From Leucoraja erinacea (taxonomy: Eukaryota): a stretch of DNA of 64,000 nucleotides. Numbering within the stretch: the first letter of the stretch is position 1; each line of letters begins with the position of its first letter. Positions 14,138-26,690 of this stretch are shown here, one piece after another. Location: the NCBI RefSeq assembly GCF_028641065.1, contig NC_073412.1:5394001-5458000 (forward strand). Direction: 5' to 3'. The position numbers and the translations under genes were made by a program. The notes beneath the pieces were generated by a model. That model saw only the letters and a list, made by a program, of their open reading frames with translations. It ran no database searches and was not told the DNA's origin.

Positions 14138-16187
14138 CTATAAACAACCAAGAATCAAGAAGAGAAAAAAAATCTCTTACTTCAAGGTGAACATTGGAGG
14201 TCTGGATCTTCTAAAACACATTTGGCTAATTTTTTAGTTATGTTAGTCTCAAACACATGTTATGGATTACATTGGAATATATAGTTTCCTAATCAAAAGG
14301 AGCAAGCCCACATCCTAAATCCCAACCAATGCACAAATTTAAAGCAGACTCATTTAAGCCACAAGGTATACTACAGAAAGCAAGGCAATAATACTGCTCA
14401 TGGTTCCCGCTGGGTTCAAAGAGCTTTTGACATTACTTCAAAATGCCAGCAATAGCTTTAGATTTACTAATGTGCAACAAATTCAAACATAGCTACTAAG
14501 CTGCAGGAGTGTGGAATTCAGCACAAGCATGCACCTTCTCTCTCTCTCTTATAAAGGACATGTTCTTTTGATCCCTCCCGCTCCAGCCCACCCGTTCATA
14601 GCAGGGCCAGCAATCAATGAAAACAGAATTCAATTCAATTCAATTCAACTTTAATGTCATCGCACAAAATACAAGTATCAGTACAACAGAAAAAAAGGAT
14701 GACTATCAAAGACCACTAGCTGGAGGAACTCGGTGAATCAGGCAGCATCTGTGGAGGGACATGCATGGACAATGTTTTGGGTCAGGACCTTTCTTCGTAT
14801 ACCATGAGCTTGACCTGCTGAGTTCCTCCAGCACTTTCAACATTCCAGCATCTGCAGTTTCTTGCATCTCCTTCAAAAAACCCTTCACTTCACCAGTCTC
14901 CATGATTATGTGCCTCTCCATCGCTCACTATTTATTGTCTTCTGGTGGTATTCCAGTTGCACATACATTCATTTTACACCAATTACAGGATACGATCGTT
15001 GGCGTCAAGCCTATGGGCGCCAACTGTCGGCGAAAGGTTTTGAACATTTCAAAATCCTGCGGTGACCAGAAAAAAGGTACAACTCTTTGGGCGACTGAGG
15101 AGACCACACAGGTGACACCCCGGCAACAGCCTTGTCGCCTGTAGTCGCCTAATAAAATCGTCTAAGTGGGACAGGCCCATGACTCTCTGTTGCTGTCTTT
15201 TTTTACAAGATACAAGATAGATTTATTCATCACATGTGCCAGATGGCACAGTGAAATGAAATTCCCATACAGCCATACAATAAAAATAAGGGACACAACA
15301 CACTATAGGGTTTGACATAAAACATCCCCACACAGCAGAATCAAAGTTTCCCACTGTGTGGGAAGGCACCAAAGTCAGTCTCTTCCTCCATTGTTCCCTG
15401 TGGTCAGGGCCTCCCCGTGCCCTCCGCAGTTGCCGCTATGGGCGGCCCGATGTCCAGGACCGCTCGCTGGGGTGTTGTAAGTCCGACGTCGGGGCTGCGG
15501 GACGTCCTCAGCGGCGTGGACACAGAGTCGGACCCCTCCTGCCGGAGTCGGCGGCTTCCAAAGTCCGCAAGCCGCGCCGGGTGGAGACTGCTGCTGTAGA
15601 CCCTCTGCAAGGTGCCCCCAGGACTCCACGATGACGGTCAGCGCCGCGAGACACTTTCCGACACCTTTCATCCCTGGAACCCTCTTCAGGTTATGCACCC
15701 AAACATCCTGAAGCCGCCCTTGCTGTATCACTTCTCCTGCTCAAGCACCTACTCAAAATCCTACAACCTTGCCTTCAGCTCTGTCTCCTAAAATCGCAGT
15801 TCTTGATCTGGCATTCCCAAATACTTCTGGAGATAGAATGCCTTTGAACAGTCGCGGCATTCGGGTGCAAGATGTTGCAGCAAATGAGATATGTAACACA
15901 TCTGCCTGCTTTGTAACCACTGACAACAGCGTGTGTGTTCTATACAGAGCATCAGAAGGGAAATAAAAGATTTAGTGCAGCAGATGGAAGAAATGTAACA
16001 ATAAAACCTTAAGTGGATTCTTCTTACGTTCCGTCAGATTCTAGTGAATTATAGAAACGGATACAAATGGCTCAAAGAGTACTTTAAGAAACAAGTTAGG
16101 CTGTACTTTCAACGAAATGGCAAATTAAGTCAAGTCGCTAATTTTCTTATACCATCAATCTAGCATCAGGCTCCATCTTATTCCTAC

Positions 16188-16287
16188 CTGCGTAGATGGT
16201 CCTGACAAATGTGTCTGGAGCTTTAATTTCAATGATATCGGAGATGGCAGCGACATCAAGCTTTGCAGCTATTCTTGGCACAAGATT
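16188..16287 (-). CDS. ETFA: ETFA exon 5
   Basis: AG/GT flanks, 100 nt; encodes [33 protein letters not shown]. Confidence 0.97.
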
Positions 16288-17524
16288 CTGCAAACAAATG
16301 GAAAGCCACAAATAAACTATTTTCTCCAAAGTTTGAATGTTTACATTTTTTTTTTAAAGAAGTAATACAAATTCTTATTTTCACGTTGCTTTATATTCAA
16401 CTACTGTTATTTGATTCACTCCCATTATAATTCCCCAGGAATCAAGGAACATGTCGAATACATCAGTGTTAGATAGGAGAAGGTTACAACAAAGCAAACA
16501 GAGGTAAAAATGTAATCAGGGTGACAGTTAGACTGGTCGGAGAATTGGTAAGGGAGAAGGATGGAGAGAGAGGGAAAGCAAGGGTTACTTGAAGTTAGAG
16601 AAGTCAATATTCATAAGCTGCCCAAGCGAAATACCCACTGCTAGTAAGCTGTTTTAAATTATCCCTTTCACTTTCCATAGCTGCTCTTTGAAACTCTAAA
16701 GAAGGGCTGGTGTATGAACATCCAAATGATACCACAAACATTTGATATTTTTATTTACATTAACTATATCCACAAAAGATCTTTTTTTTCCCTGATGGTC
16801 ATTTGTTTTTGTTTTTTTAAATAATCCTCAGAGAAAGTATGTTCTGTTCCCCTTTGCTTCTACGTGTTAAAGTAGGAATGTCAGTCTAAAGGCGACAAAT
16901 AGTTGGTAAAGTCAGATGATTACAATCTTACTGGGAATCACAGAAAATAGTAGAATTCAACCCAGAGAAAAGCGCAGAACTAATTAAATAAAACAGAACT
17001 TAAGATATAAAATGTACCGTTTAATGCACAGTAATTCAATTGAGATGCCATTAAGCCATTGACCTGACAACTCCAAAACAACATGAAGGATTGCAAGGGA
17101 AGCTGCAGGAAGTGTTATTGCAATTTGGGTCTCTGTTGAAGGGCTAGAGAGCATTATCAACCACTTACAACATTAAACTTCTCGTCAAAGTGCAAGTGGA
17201 CACTTTCCAGCAGATTCAGTTTCAAATATTTTCAGAATCACAATGAAACTCCAACAAGGTTGCTATTTGGACCATCTCCCCTGTGCTAGCTGTTCGATAG
17301 AACTCCATAAATAATCCTATTCCTCTGCTCTTTACCGTTTGTCCTTTTTTATTCCACCCTTTCAGGCATTACATAAACGGCTCTCTTGAAAGTCTCTACT
17401 GAATCCACTTCGATCACCCTCTCAAGCTGGGCATTCCGAATCACTTATAAATCGTGTTAATCAAATTCAAACCTGGTGTCCTATTTAACTCTGTAATGGG
17501 CACAAGGCACTGGGTGAAACTTAC

Positions 17525-17607
17525 CTTCCCAAAGGCAGAGGCCCCAGCACATATGTGTGTGAATTTAAACTGTTTGTGTGAAGCCAGGACCAGTGGTGTC
17601 AGTTCCT
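17525..17607 (-). CDS. ETFA: ETFA exon 4
   Basis: AG/GT flanks, 83 nt; encodes [28 protein letters not shown]. Confidence 0.97.
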
Positions 17608-18235
17608 CTGTCAATGATAGAGAAAAGGAAACATTAAGGATAGAAATGAAGTGTCTGAAAACATCCATATTAGTCCAAAGAATAATATTGAACCCCAGGG
17701 TACATAAATCACCAAGTGAAACATGAAATTAGAAGCTTGCACATGCCTGTACATCTTCAATGTCCTTGGTTCCTATCCCTTTACCGATTGCTGTTATAAG
17801 GGTATCCCCATATACTTACTCGGGACTTGGTGGAGAGATTTATTACTTACATCCACAGCATGTGTTATCGCTAGTTTGTTTTTAATTATGTCACTTAACA
17901 TCCCATGATAAATGTTAGGGACAGGTGTTTGAAGCTATAAAAACACATGTTAGTCATAGAGTTAGAGTAAAAATAGTTAAGAGCACAAGAAAGCAGCAGA
18001 ATGACAAATGCCCTCTCAGAGCAACAATAGCGAAAGGCCAATTATAATAGACTGCAAAAATAAACCTCTTGCCTCGGGCTCTTCAAGAATAACTCGTTTA
18101 AAATCTACTAGCATTATTTTAGTACTTAAACACCATCACCTACAACTTCAACAATAGCTTACCGCAGAGAACATCAGCCTAGTCAGATCAAAATTTAAAC
18201 AAAAACAGGAGGCGAGGGAAGAGATCGCTGGAACC

Positions 18236-18802
18236 ACAGTGTCCTCAATAATGTTTGGGACAAAAACCCATCATTTGTTTATTTGCCTCTGTACTCCACA
18301 ATTTGAGATTTGTAATAGAAAAAAAAAAATCACATGTGGTTTAAGTGCACATTGTCAGATTTTAATAAAGGCCATTTTTATACATTTTGGTTTCACCATG
18401 CAGAAATTACAGCAGTCTTTATACATAATAATAATCTTATTTATATAGTACATTTTTAGTCAACTTGCATTGACCCCAAAGTGCTTCACATAATTACATT
18501 ACATTTACACACAGGCAAAGGTGGGTGAAGTGTCTTGCCCCAAGGACACAACGACAGTATGCACTCCAAGCGGGATTCGAACCAGCTACCTTCCGGTCGC
18601 TAGCCGAACACTTAGCCCATTGTCGTCCCATCTATTCTACATAGTCCCCCCCATTTCAAGACACCATAATGTTTGGGACACAGCAATGTCAAGTAAATGA
18701 AAGTAGTCATGTTTATTATTTTGTTGCATATCCTTTGCATGCAATGACTGCTTGAAGTCTGTGATTCATGGACATCACCAGTTGCTGGGCGTCTTCTCTG
18801 GT
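18236..18802 (-). mobile_element. Tc1 terminal fragment (same family as 1-850) interrupted by a tRNA-SINE (about 18428-18635)
   Basis: Starts cagtgtcctcaataatgtttgggaca. The motif ataatgtttgggaca recurs at ~18667 (IR/DR-type architecture), and 18640-18802 matches 10-170. The insert carries a reverse B-box (ggattcgaacc) and an L2-like tail. Confidence 0.8.
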
Positions 18803-19158
18803 AGGGTGACATCGGTGTAATAGTGAAATGGGCTGAAACATGGCAGTTGGAGTTTACTCCAAATAAATACGAGGTGATGCACTCTGCAATTGCAATTCAT
18901 TGTGTCCACACCGATCCATACTAACCCTAATTTACGTACTTGCCCACTGGCCTTGTGTGACATTTCATGTACTCATTTCAATACTTATTAAAATATCAAT
19001 TAAACCTACACTAAGTGACAAAATGAGGACCTGGTGCAGAGGTACAGGAAAATATGGAGACGAGGGATGAGATTGCTCTTCTGAGAAATAGCATGGACCT
19101 AATTAACAAAATGACCTCCCTCTGTGTCCCAGTGAGTAAGTAAATCAAACTTGCCCAC

Positions 19159-19240
19159 CTGGTAGCAAACCTTTGAATATGTCGTTCTGTGCCACTAATA
19201 TCTTCTTCACTCCTTGCACTTTACTGAGGTCTTTCACCAC
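19159..19240 (-). CDS. ETFA: ETFA exon 3
   Basis: AG/GT flanks, 82 nt; encodes VVKDLSKVQGVKKILVAQNDIFKGLLP. Confidence 0.96.
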
Positions 19241-19582
19241 CTGCAAGAATTAAGTCATCAATAGCTTTGAACAAATCTCACAGAAATATTGACCACACGA
19301 GAGGCAGCCAAGAAAAATCTCTGCGTAATATCAACAGCATCACTAAGGTGCAGAAACACGCTCCAATTTACCACCCTAACCTTTTTTTTAATATAGTCAA
19401 AGACCTTTGGTTCAGTGCCAGTTTTCATTGAGGCACCATGAAATGTTTTATTAAACATGCAATATAAAATGCATTTTGCAGTGAAGGTTAAGAAAGCCCT
19501 ACAGACATGTGCGTACAATACCACAATGATTTTGAACCAGAAATTTCTTTAACAATTCCCAGGAATGGCAAACACCTCTTAC

Positions 19583-19732
19583 CTTGCTGCAATCCGTTCC
19601 AGCGACCAAGCAGGTTACATCTCCGCCCAGCTGTTTAGCAGCTGTAATGGCATTGAGGGTAATTGGAGTCAATTTCTTATTATCATGTTCTGCGAGAACA
19701 AGGGTGCTCTGAAGTCGTCGCAGATAGCAAAT
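19583..19732 (-). CDS. ETFA: ETFA exon 2
   Basis: AG/GT flanks, 150 nt; encodes ICYLRRLQSTLVLAEHDNKKLTPITLNAITAAKQLGGDVTCLVAGTDCSK. Confidence 0.97.
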
Positions 19733-19904
19733 CTACAAAAGACAATAATCTATTACAACTGTGCTAGCAGCAAAACCAACATTGATCACCTATTCCTAAA
19801 TACTCTTAAGACAAAGGTGAGTCACCTTCTTGAATTTCCACACTACATTTAGGTACAGTTCTAGATGTTTGACTACACGATGAAGGAATATAATACAGGC
19901 CAAG

Positions 19905-20200
19905 ACTTTAGACTTTTAGACTTTAGAGATAGAGCATGAAAACGGGCCCTTCGGCCCATCGAGTCCACGCCAACCAGTGATCACCACATACTATCCTACA
20001 CACTAGGGACAATTTAAAATTTGCAGACGCCAATTACAAACCTGCATATCTTCGGAGTGTGGGAGGAAACCGGAGCATCCGGAGAAAACACAGTCACAGG
20101 GAAAACTCCACACAGACAGCACCCGTAGTCAGGATTGAACCCAGGTCTGTCTCTGGCACTGTAAGGTGGCAGCTCTACCGCTGCGCCACAGTGCTGCCCC
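19905..20200 (-). mobile_element. tRNA-derived SINE (HE1-like)
   Basis: Reverse complement of the family at 7620-7925. Confidence 0.8.
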
Positions 20201-22279
20201 AAGTCTGGATGGTTTGTGACTAAGAGGCAACCTCAATTAATGGTAACCGCATGCGCCTCCTGTACATCCTCCAGCTTGCGAGAGATTGTAGACCTCAGAG
20301 TTCCTGCACTGCGATGTGCAGTTGGTGCTCAATGCTGCCATTTTATGATTATTACTGTGCACCCCAACTTCTGACATGATCAAAGACATTCATGAATGTC
20401 AAGAGAGTCTGAAGAAGGGGTTTCGGCCCGAAACATTGCCTTTTTCCATCGCTCCATAGCTGCTGCTGCTGCACCCGCTGAGATTCCCTAGCACTTTTGT
20501 CTACCTTCGATTTTCCAGCATCTGCAGTTCCTTCTTAAACACATTCATGAATCAACCGGGGTTGTTTGCAAACAGTACATTGCTTCTGCAAAAGCTCTGG
20601 GGCTGAAATAACGAACCTCCAATGGCCACAAACACTTTAATGAATCCACGCTAAGAGGTGATTTCCCTTTTATTTCAATTGACGTTAACGTGACAGGTAA
20701 CCAAACTTGGTCAATGCTGCTTTGATATCACTCCTTTCAAACCTCTGAAATAAGGCCTTTCAGTGCATGGTATAATTTGACAGGATAGCATATAAACAAC
20801 ACTTTGCACTATATCTTGCACATGTGGCAATAATAAACCAGAACCAAATACCAATACCAAGGTTGGTACAAAGGTTGGAATGACGTCTGGGTTCAGTGGT
20901 CACAGTGAAATTATCAATTTATCAAAAGCTGAGGTTTGAAGGTGTTAGTGTATTTTCCATTAAAAATGCAATAAAAAAAGTATCATTTTTTGTAAGTGAA
21001 AAATATTGGTCAGGACACTACAAAAAGAATCTTCCACACTCATCAAAATAGTGCTATGGAATATTTTCCATCTATTTTGAATCTGTGCGACATCCTATAC
21101 AAATTGCAGGTATTCAAGGCCAGATTATGAGTAAACGTTAGTCAACATCAAGTTTCAGATGTTGTTGAGACAGTATTTTATGGCATTGTCCACACAAAGT
21201 TCTGGCACTGTTAATCCACAAGAACATTCAGGATAAATGATTAATGTTCATTCTGAATCATTAGTGCAGTCGGGAAATAAGTGTAATTAATTACTTCAGT
21301 GTTTCCCGATAATTAACTAATGAGCAATCCTTCCCAAATCAAAGACTGTGTACAATTACCCCACGACATTCAATTGTGCAAACAGAACTGCGTCAAATTT
21401 CACCCGATACAGCGGCAACAGTTCAAATGATTGTGGGGCTCTGCAGCTCATTATTATCAGACTACAGCACACAAAAGAATGTTGCCAGGACCCAAGGGTC
21501 TGAGCTATAGGGAGAGGTTGAGAAGGCTGGGACTCTATTCCTTGGAGCATAGGAGGATGAGGGGAGATCTTGTAGAGGTGTATAAAATCATGAGAGGAAC
21601 AGGTCGGGTAGATGCGCAGAGTCTTTTGCCTAGAGTAGGTTTAAGGTGAAGGCCAATTAACCTCCAAACCTGTACGTTTTTGGCCTGTGGGAGAAAACCG
21701 AAGATCTCGGAGAAAATCCACGCAGGATACAGAGAGAACATACAAACTCCGTGCAGACAAGCACCCATTGTCTGGATCGAACTCGGGTCTCTGGCGCTAT
21801 AAAGGCAGCAGCTCTACCACTATGCCACCCTTTGGGTTGACAGTAAAGCAGCTATGGGAAGATGGGTGACAGAGAGGAGGGGATAGCAGGGTGGCTTACA
21901 AAATTGCAGCAGCTTTCAATATGGTTTATGATGTTACTCACAAAATAACAGCAAGTTCATTCAACTCTGTTTTCAGAACATGCCATGTCATTATTTAACA
22001 AGCGATCCCTAGACTGCCAGCCCAGGACCAAAAATACTGTTCCACTTTACTCATGTTGCATGAACAAAAAAAAAAGGTTATCTCATATTTACATCGATGC
22101 CAATAATTATAAAAAGTATAAACTTTGATCAATTACATGACCCCCGTTTTATTCAGTGCAACTGGTTTACAATTGCGCCATTTGTTTTTCTTCTAACGCA
22201 TCTGCCCTTGGGAACATTGACATGTCACCAGACAAGGCTTTCCATTTTGATTTGATGGTCTTAAATCCTAGCAGCAGAA

Positions 22280-22943
22280 TTGGGCTATTCGGCCCAACAA
22301 ATCTGCTCCACCATTCTTCATGGCTGATCTATCTTTCCCTCTCCACCCCATTCTCCTGCCTTCGCCCCGTAACCCAAGACAACAGTACTAATCAAGAATC
22401 TGTCAATCTCTACCTTAAAAATATGCATTGACTTGGCCTTCACTTCCATCTGTGGCAATGAATTCCACAGATTCACCACCCTCTGACTAAAGAAATTCCA
22501 TCTCATCTTTCTAAAGGTACATCCTTTTATTCTGAGGCTATGGCTTCTGGTCCTAGACTCTCCCACTAGTGGAAACATCCCCTCCACATCCACTCTACCC
22601 AGGTCTTTTACTCTTCCGTGTTTCAATAAATATCCCCCCCGAACCTTTGAAACTCCAGTGAGTACAGGCTCAGTGCCTTCAATTTTTCACACAGAGAGTG
22701 GGGAATCTCTGGAATTCTCTGCCACAGAAGGTGGTACTCTGCCACAAACATAGCCAGTTTGTTGGCTATATTTAAGAGGGAGTTAGATGTGGCCCTTGAG
22801 GTTAAAGGGATCAGGGGGTATGGAGAGAAGGCAGGTACAGGATACTGAGTTGGATGATCAGCCAAGATCATATTGAATGGCGGTGCAGGCTCGAAGGGCC
22901 AAATGGCCTACTCCTGCACCTATTTTCTATGTTCTATGTTTCT
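22280..22943. mobile_element. Cluster of CR1 fragments in both orientations
   Basis: Minus-strand FFSQRVVNLWNSLPQ ORF at 22318-22626 and a plus-strand 3' tail ending ttctatgtttct near 22943. Confidence 0.8.
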
Positions 22944-22944
22944 A

Positions 22945-23045
22945 ATAGTAAAGATGAGGGATTGAGGGCCTGGAAAACTGACGTCATTGAAGAGACGAAG
23001 GGTGTGTGAAAATGTCTTGGACATAGGTTGGGAGGGATTGAACCA

Positions 23046-23098
<53 letters not shown>

Positions 23099-23430
23099 GA
23101 GAGAGATAGGATGGAGTCCAGGAATGTGAATGACAGGAGCAGGCAGAAATAATGGGTGTGCCAGGGCAGTTCCGTTTATGGATTTTGAGAAGGTAAAATC
23201 GGACTGTGCGGGGCTGGGGAACGATAAGGTTGGAAGTTGTAGAGGCCAGACAGCCAAAAGTGATAAAATCAGAGATAGTCTGTGAAACGATGGCCTGGTG
23301 CCCATCTTGAGGTGTCATGCTCCAAGGAGTCTGAAGAAGGGTCTTAACCAAAAACATCACCCCATTCCTTCTCCCCTGAGATGCACACTGTCCCGCTGAG
23401 TTACTCGAGTATTTTGCATCTATCTACAGT
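22945..23430 (-). mobile_element. Penelope-like reverse transcriptase fragment with adjoining terminal-repeat piece
   Basis: SNLIVPQPRTVRFYLLKIHKRNCPGTPIISAC matches the PLE RT N-terminal motif (P.FY.LPKIHK...P.RPIIS). It is interrupted by poly-G at 23046-23098. Confidence 0.8.
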
Positions 23431-23466
23431 CGAAATAGGAAGCAGACTAGACTATTGTTATGGAGA

Positions 23467-23628
23467 AATGTTTAAGAAGGAACTGCAGATGCTGGAAAAT
23501 CAAAGGTAGACAAAAGCGCTGGAGAAACTCAGCGGGTGCAGTGTGGGTTTTGGCCCGAAACGTTGCCTATTTCCTTCGCTCCATAGATGCTGCTGCCCCT
23601 GCTGAGTTTCTCTAGCGCTTTTGTCTAC
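23467..23628. mobile_element. Penelope-derived fold-back insert with 15 bp TSD
   Basis: Direct repeat ctattgttatggaga at 23452-23466 and 23629-23643. Confidence 0.85.
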
Positions 23629-23709
23629 CTATTGTTATGGAGACACATGAAATGGATTCAGGGACAGTTTCTTCCCAGCTGTTACCAAGGACCCTTCATC
23701 AGACCGCAA

Positions 23710-24420
23710 CTTCCCTCCACAGATGCTGCCTGACCCTGTGTCTATCTTTACAGAGAGAGGATCACACCATGACCTCCAGCAGCAAGTTCTGGCCCAAAAT
23801 ATCATCTATATATATATATATTCCCTCCACAGATGCTGCCTGACCCAGTCTATTTTTTAACGAGTTACACCATACCCACAACAGTAAGTCCTTGCCCAAA
23901 ATGATATATATATATTCCCTCCACAGATGCAGCCTCCCTAACCCACTGTCTATTTTTTAACGAGTGCTACACCATACCCACAACAGCCAGTCCTGGCCCA
24001 TAATGTAGTCGAGATATTTCCCTCCACACAGATGCTGCTTATCTTTTGACAACATATCCTCCAGCAGCCAGTCCTGGCCCACACATATCTATATATTTCA
24101 ATTTTAATTTCAATTTAAAAACTTTATTGGCATGATAAAAAAAACATTGTTATATTGCCAAAGTATAAAACATATTTACATATTTGAAATGCATAAGTAA
24201 AAATACAAGTATACAGTGCATATATATGTATATATTTCCCTCCACACAGGTGCTGCTTATCCTTTGACAACGTACCCTGCAGCAGCCAGTCCTGGCCCAC
24301 ACAATATTTCTATATATATTTCCCTCCACACAGATGCTGCTTATCCTTTGACAACATATCCTGCAGCAGCCAGTACTGCCCACACTATATCTCTATATAT
24401 ATTTCCCTCCACCCTGATGC
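23710..24420 (+). repeat. Degenerate minisatellite, ~80-110 bp unit, about 7 copies
   Basis: Recurring atatttccctccac(ac)agatgctgc...cagccagtcctggccca. Confidence 0.85.
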
Positions 24421-24429
24421 TGCTCAGTG

Positions 24430-24757
24430 GTTGGGGCAGAGCAACTAACGGTCAAGCAGGTGGCAGAGGCCAGAACTCTGAAAAAACTAGTCTCAATAAT
24501 GACCAACCCCACTCACCCACTCCACGCCCTGAAGGTGATCAAGTGCAGCATCTTCAGTCAGAGACTGATTGCACCAATGTGCAAAACGGAGAGACATAGG
24601 AAGTCTTGTATACCAGGTTTTATAATGCACAAAAATGTTAACTTATTATGTATTGAAGATATCTGTTGAAATGTGTGGTGTTATGTCTGTCTTGAAGCTG
24701 TTGTGGCACTGTAATTTCCTGTAAAGGATTATTAAAGGTTATTCTATTCTATTCTAT
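24430..24757 (+). mobile_element. Rex1/Babar-like LINE 3' end
   Basis: LVSIMTNPTHPLH...FSQRLIAPMCKTERHRKS followed by an (attct)n tail. Confidence 0.6.
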
Positions 24758-24829
24758 GCTGCTGCTGTTGAATGAGGGTCAGACAATGACCTTCAGCACA
24801 GCCCTGCTGGAGTCAGGACCATTACAATG

Positions 24830-25080
24830 CGCTCGGTGTGAACTAAGTTCGGGGAGCCGCGCTCTCCCGCTCGCTCCGGCTGCATTGTGGCCGGTGCCGG
24901 GCGCTGGGCCGCGGGGTAGGCCCCGAGTCCGGGCCGCACTCACCAGGGCTGAGGCTGCAGGAGGGCCCGGGCCCGGGCGCCGGGGCAACGCTCGCCACAT
25001 CCCGCCGCTCCGCCGCCGCACGTCCCGCGAGAGGCCGGGCCCGGGAGCCGCAGAGCGCACTGATTGGCAGCTCGGTGCCC
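24830..25080 (-). promoter_or_regulatory. ETFA CpG-island promoter with CCAAT box at 25063-25067
   Basis: Very high GC and CpG density; CCAAT on the - strand about 65 bp upstream of the ATG. Confidence 0.75.
24944..25000 (-). CDS. ETFA: ETFA exon 1 coding part (mitochondrial transit peptide)
   Basis: ATG in a CpG island (gcggcgggATG) encoding MWRALPRRPGPGPPAASAL, then a GTGAGT donor in phase 0 that matches exon 2. The peptide is Arg-containing with no acidic residues. Confidence 0.85.
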
Positions 25081-26050
25081 CCGCCCCCATCCTCCACCTC
25101 GCAGCCCCCCCCCCCATCCAGCAGCCCCGCCCCCATCCACCAGCAGCCCCGCCCCCATCCAGTCCCCGCCCCCATCCAGCAGACCCCGCCCCCATCCCCA
25201 CCCCTCGCAGCCCCGCCCCCATCCTACACCCCCCCCATCCCCCCATCCCCGCCCCCCCGCAGCCCCGCCCCCCATCCAGCAGCCCCGCCCCCCATCCTCC
25301 ACCTCGCACAGCCCCGCCCCCATCAGTCCCCGCCCCCCCAGCAGTCCTCGCCCCAGCCCCCCGCCCCATCCATCCTCCACCTCCCCCCGCCCCCATCCTG
25401 CCCCCCCCCATCCAGCCCCGCCCCCATCCAGCTCAGCCCCCGCCCCCATCCAGCAGTCCCCGCCCCCATCCAGCAGCCCCGCCCCCATCCAGCAGTCCCC
25501 GCCCCCATCCAGCAGTCCCCGCCCCCATCCATCAGTCCCCGCCCCCATCGCAGACCCCCCCACCACCCTCCACCTCACAGCCCCGCCTCCACCCCGCAGC
25601 CCCGCCCCCATCCCCCGCAGCCCCCGCCCCCATCCAGCAGTCCCCGCCCCCATCCAGCAGTCCCCGCCCCCCATCCTCCACCTCGCAGCCCCCCGCCCCC
25701 CCATCAGTCCCGCCCCCATCCTGCAGTCCCCGCCCCCATCCTCCACCTCGCAGCCCCGCAGCATCCAGCAGTCCCGCCCCCATCCATCAGCCCGCCCCCA
25801 TCCATCATCAGTCCCCGCCCCACCCTCCAGCAGCCCCGCCCCCATCCAGCAGTCCCGCCCCCATCCAGCAGTCCCCGCCCCCTCATCAGTCCGCCCCCAT
25901 CCCCAGTCCCCACCTGGTGCCCCACATGGAGCCCCGTTCAGTCCCCGCCTGGTCCAGCAGTGCATCCAGCAGACCCCGCCCCCCATCCTGCACACCTGCC
26001 CCCATCCAGCATGAGCCCCGCCCTCATCCCCGTTCGCACCGCCCCCATCC
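25078..26050. repeat. GC-box minisatellite (ccccgcccccatccagcag)n
   Basis: Dozens of ~19-20 bp units, each containing CCCGCCCC. Confidence 0.95.
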
Positions 26051-26089
26051 AGGTGCACCGCCCACCATGGTCCAGACCAGGAGATTCCA

Positions 26090-26690
26090 GGGCAACGGTG
26101 TGCACACCTGTGCATACATGGACACTGCCATCCAGTTCACGGTCCTGGCAGTGCACAGCTGGGGTTGTGCATACCTGGTGCACACCTGGTGCATGATCCA
26201 GAGCAACAGTTCATACCTGGTGCACATCTGGTGCATATTTGGAAATGTGTACAGTCCAGGGAAGCAGTGCACACCTGGTGCATACCTGGAGATGTGCACT
26301 GTCCAATGTAGCGTTGCACACCTGGTCTGAAGAAGGGTCTCGACACAAAAGGTCACCTATTCCTTCCCTCCAGTGATGCTGCCTGTCCTGCTAAGTTTTT
26401 TGCTTTTCCCTCCAGCTTTTTGTGTCTATCTTCAGTTTAATCCAGCATCTGCCGTGCCTTCTTACGCACCTGGTGTATACCTGGATAGGGTAGTGATAGT
26501 GTTGCACACCTGCGATGTGCATAACTAGCAATGTGCACATCTGGTGCATACCTGGAGAAATACACATCTGAGGCATACCTGGAGATGTGCACGGCTGGAG
26601 AGTTGCATACCTGTAGTGGTGCATGGCCACGGGGAGTGGTGCACAGCTGGAGCGTACCAGGAGATGCACACAGTCCCGGGTGGTGCAGCA
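26090..26690. repeat. Degenerate tgcacacctgg/tgcatacctgg repeat, interrupted by a Penelope tail (about 26325-26465)
   Basis: Many ~12 bp units. Confidence 0.75.

Noticed and set aside
24756-26356. Long Pro-rich and Gly-rich ORFs (524, 391, 373 and 316 aa)
   Set aside because: They are translations of the GC-box minisatellite, which is open in most frames because it lacks stop codons. Only 24944-25000 is supported as coding.
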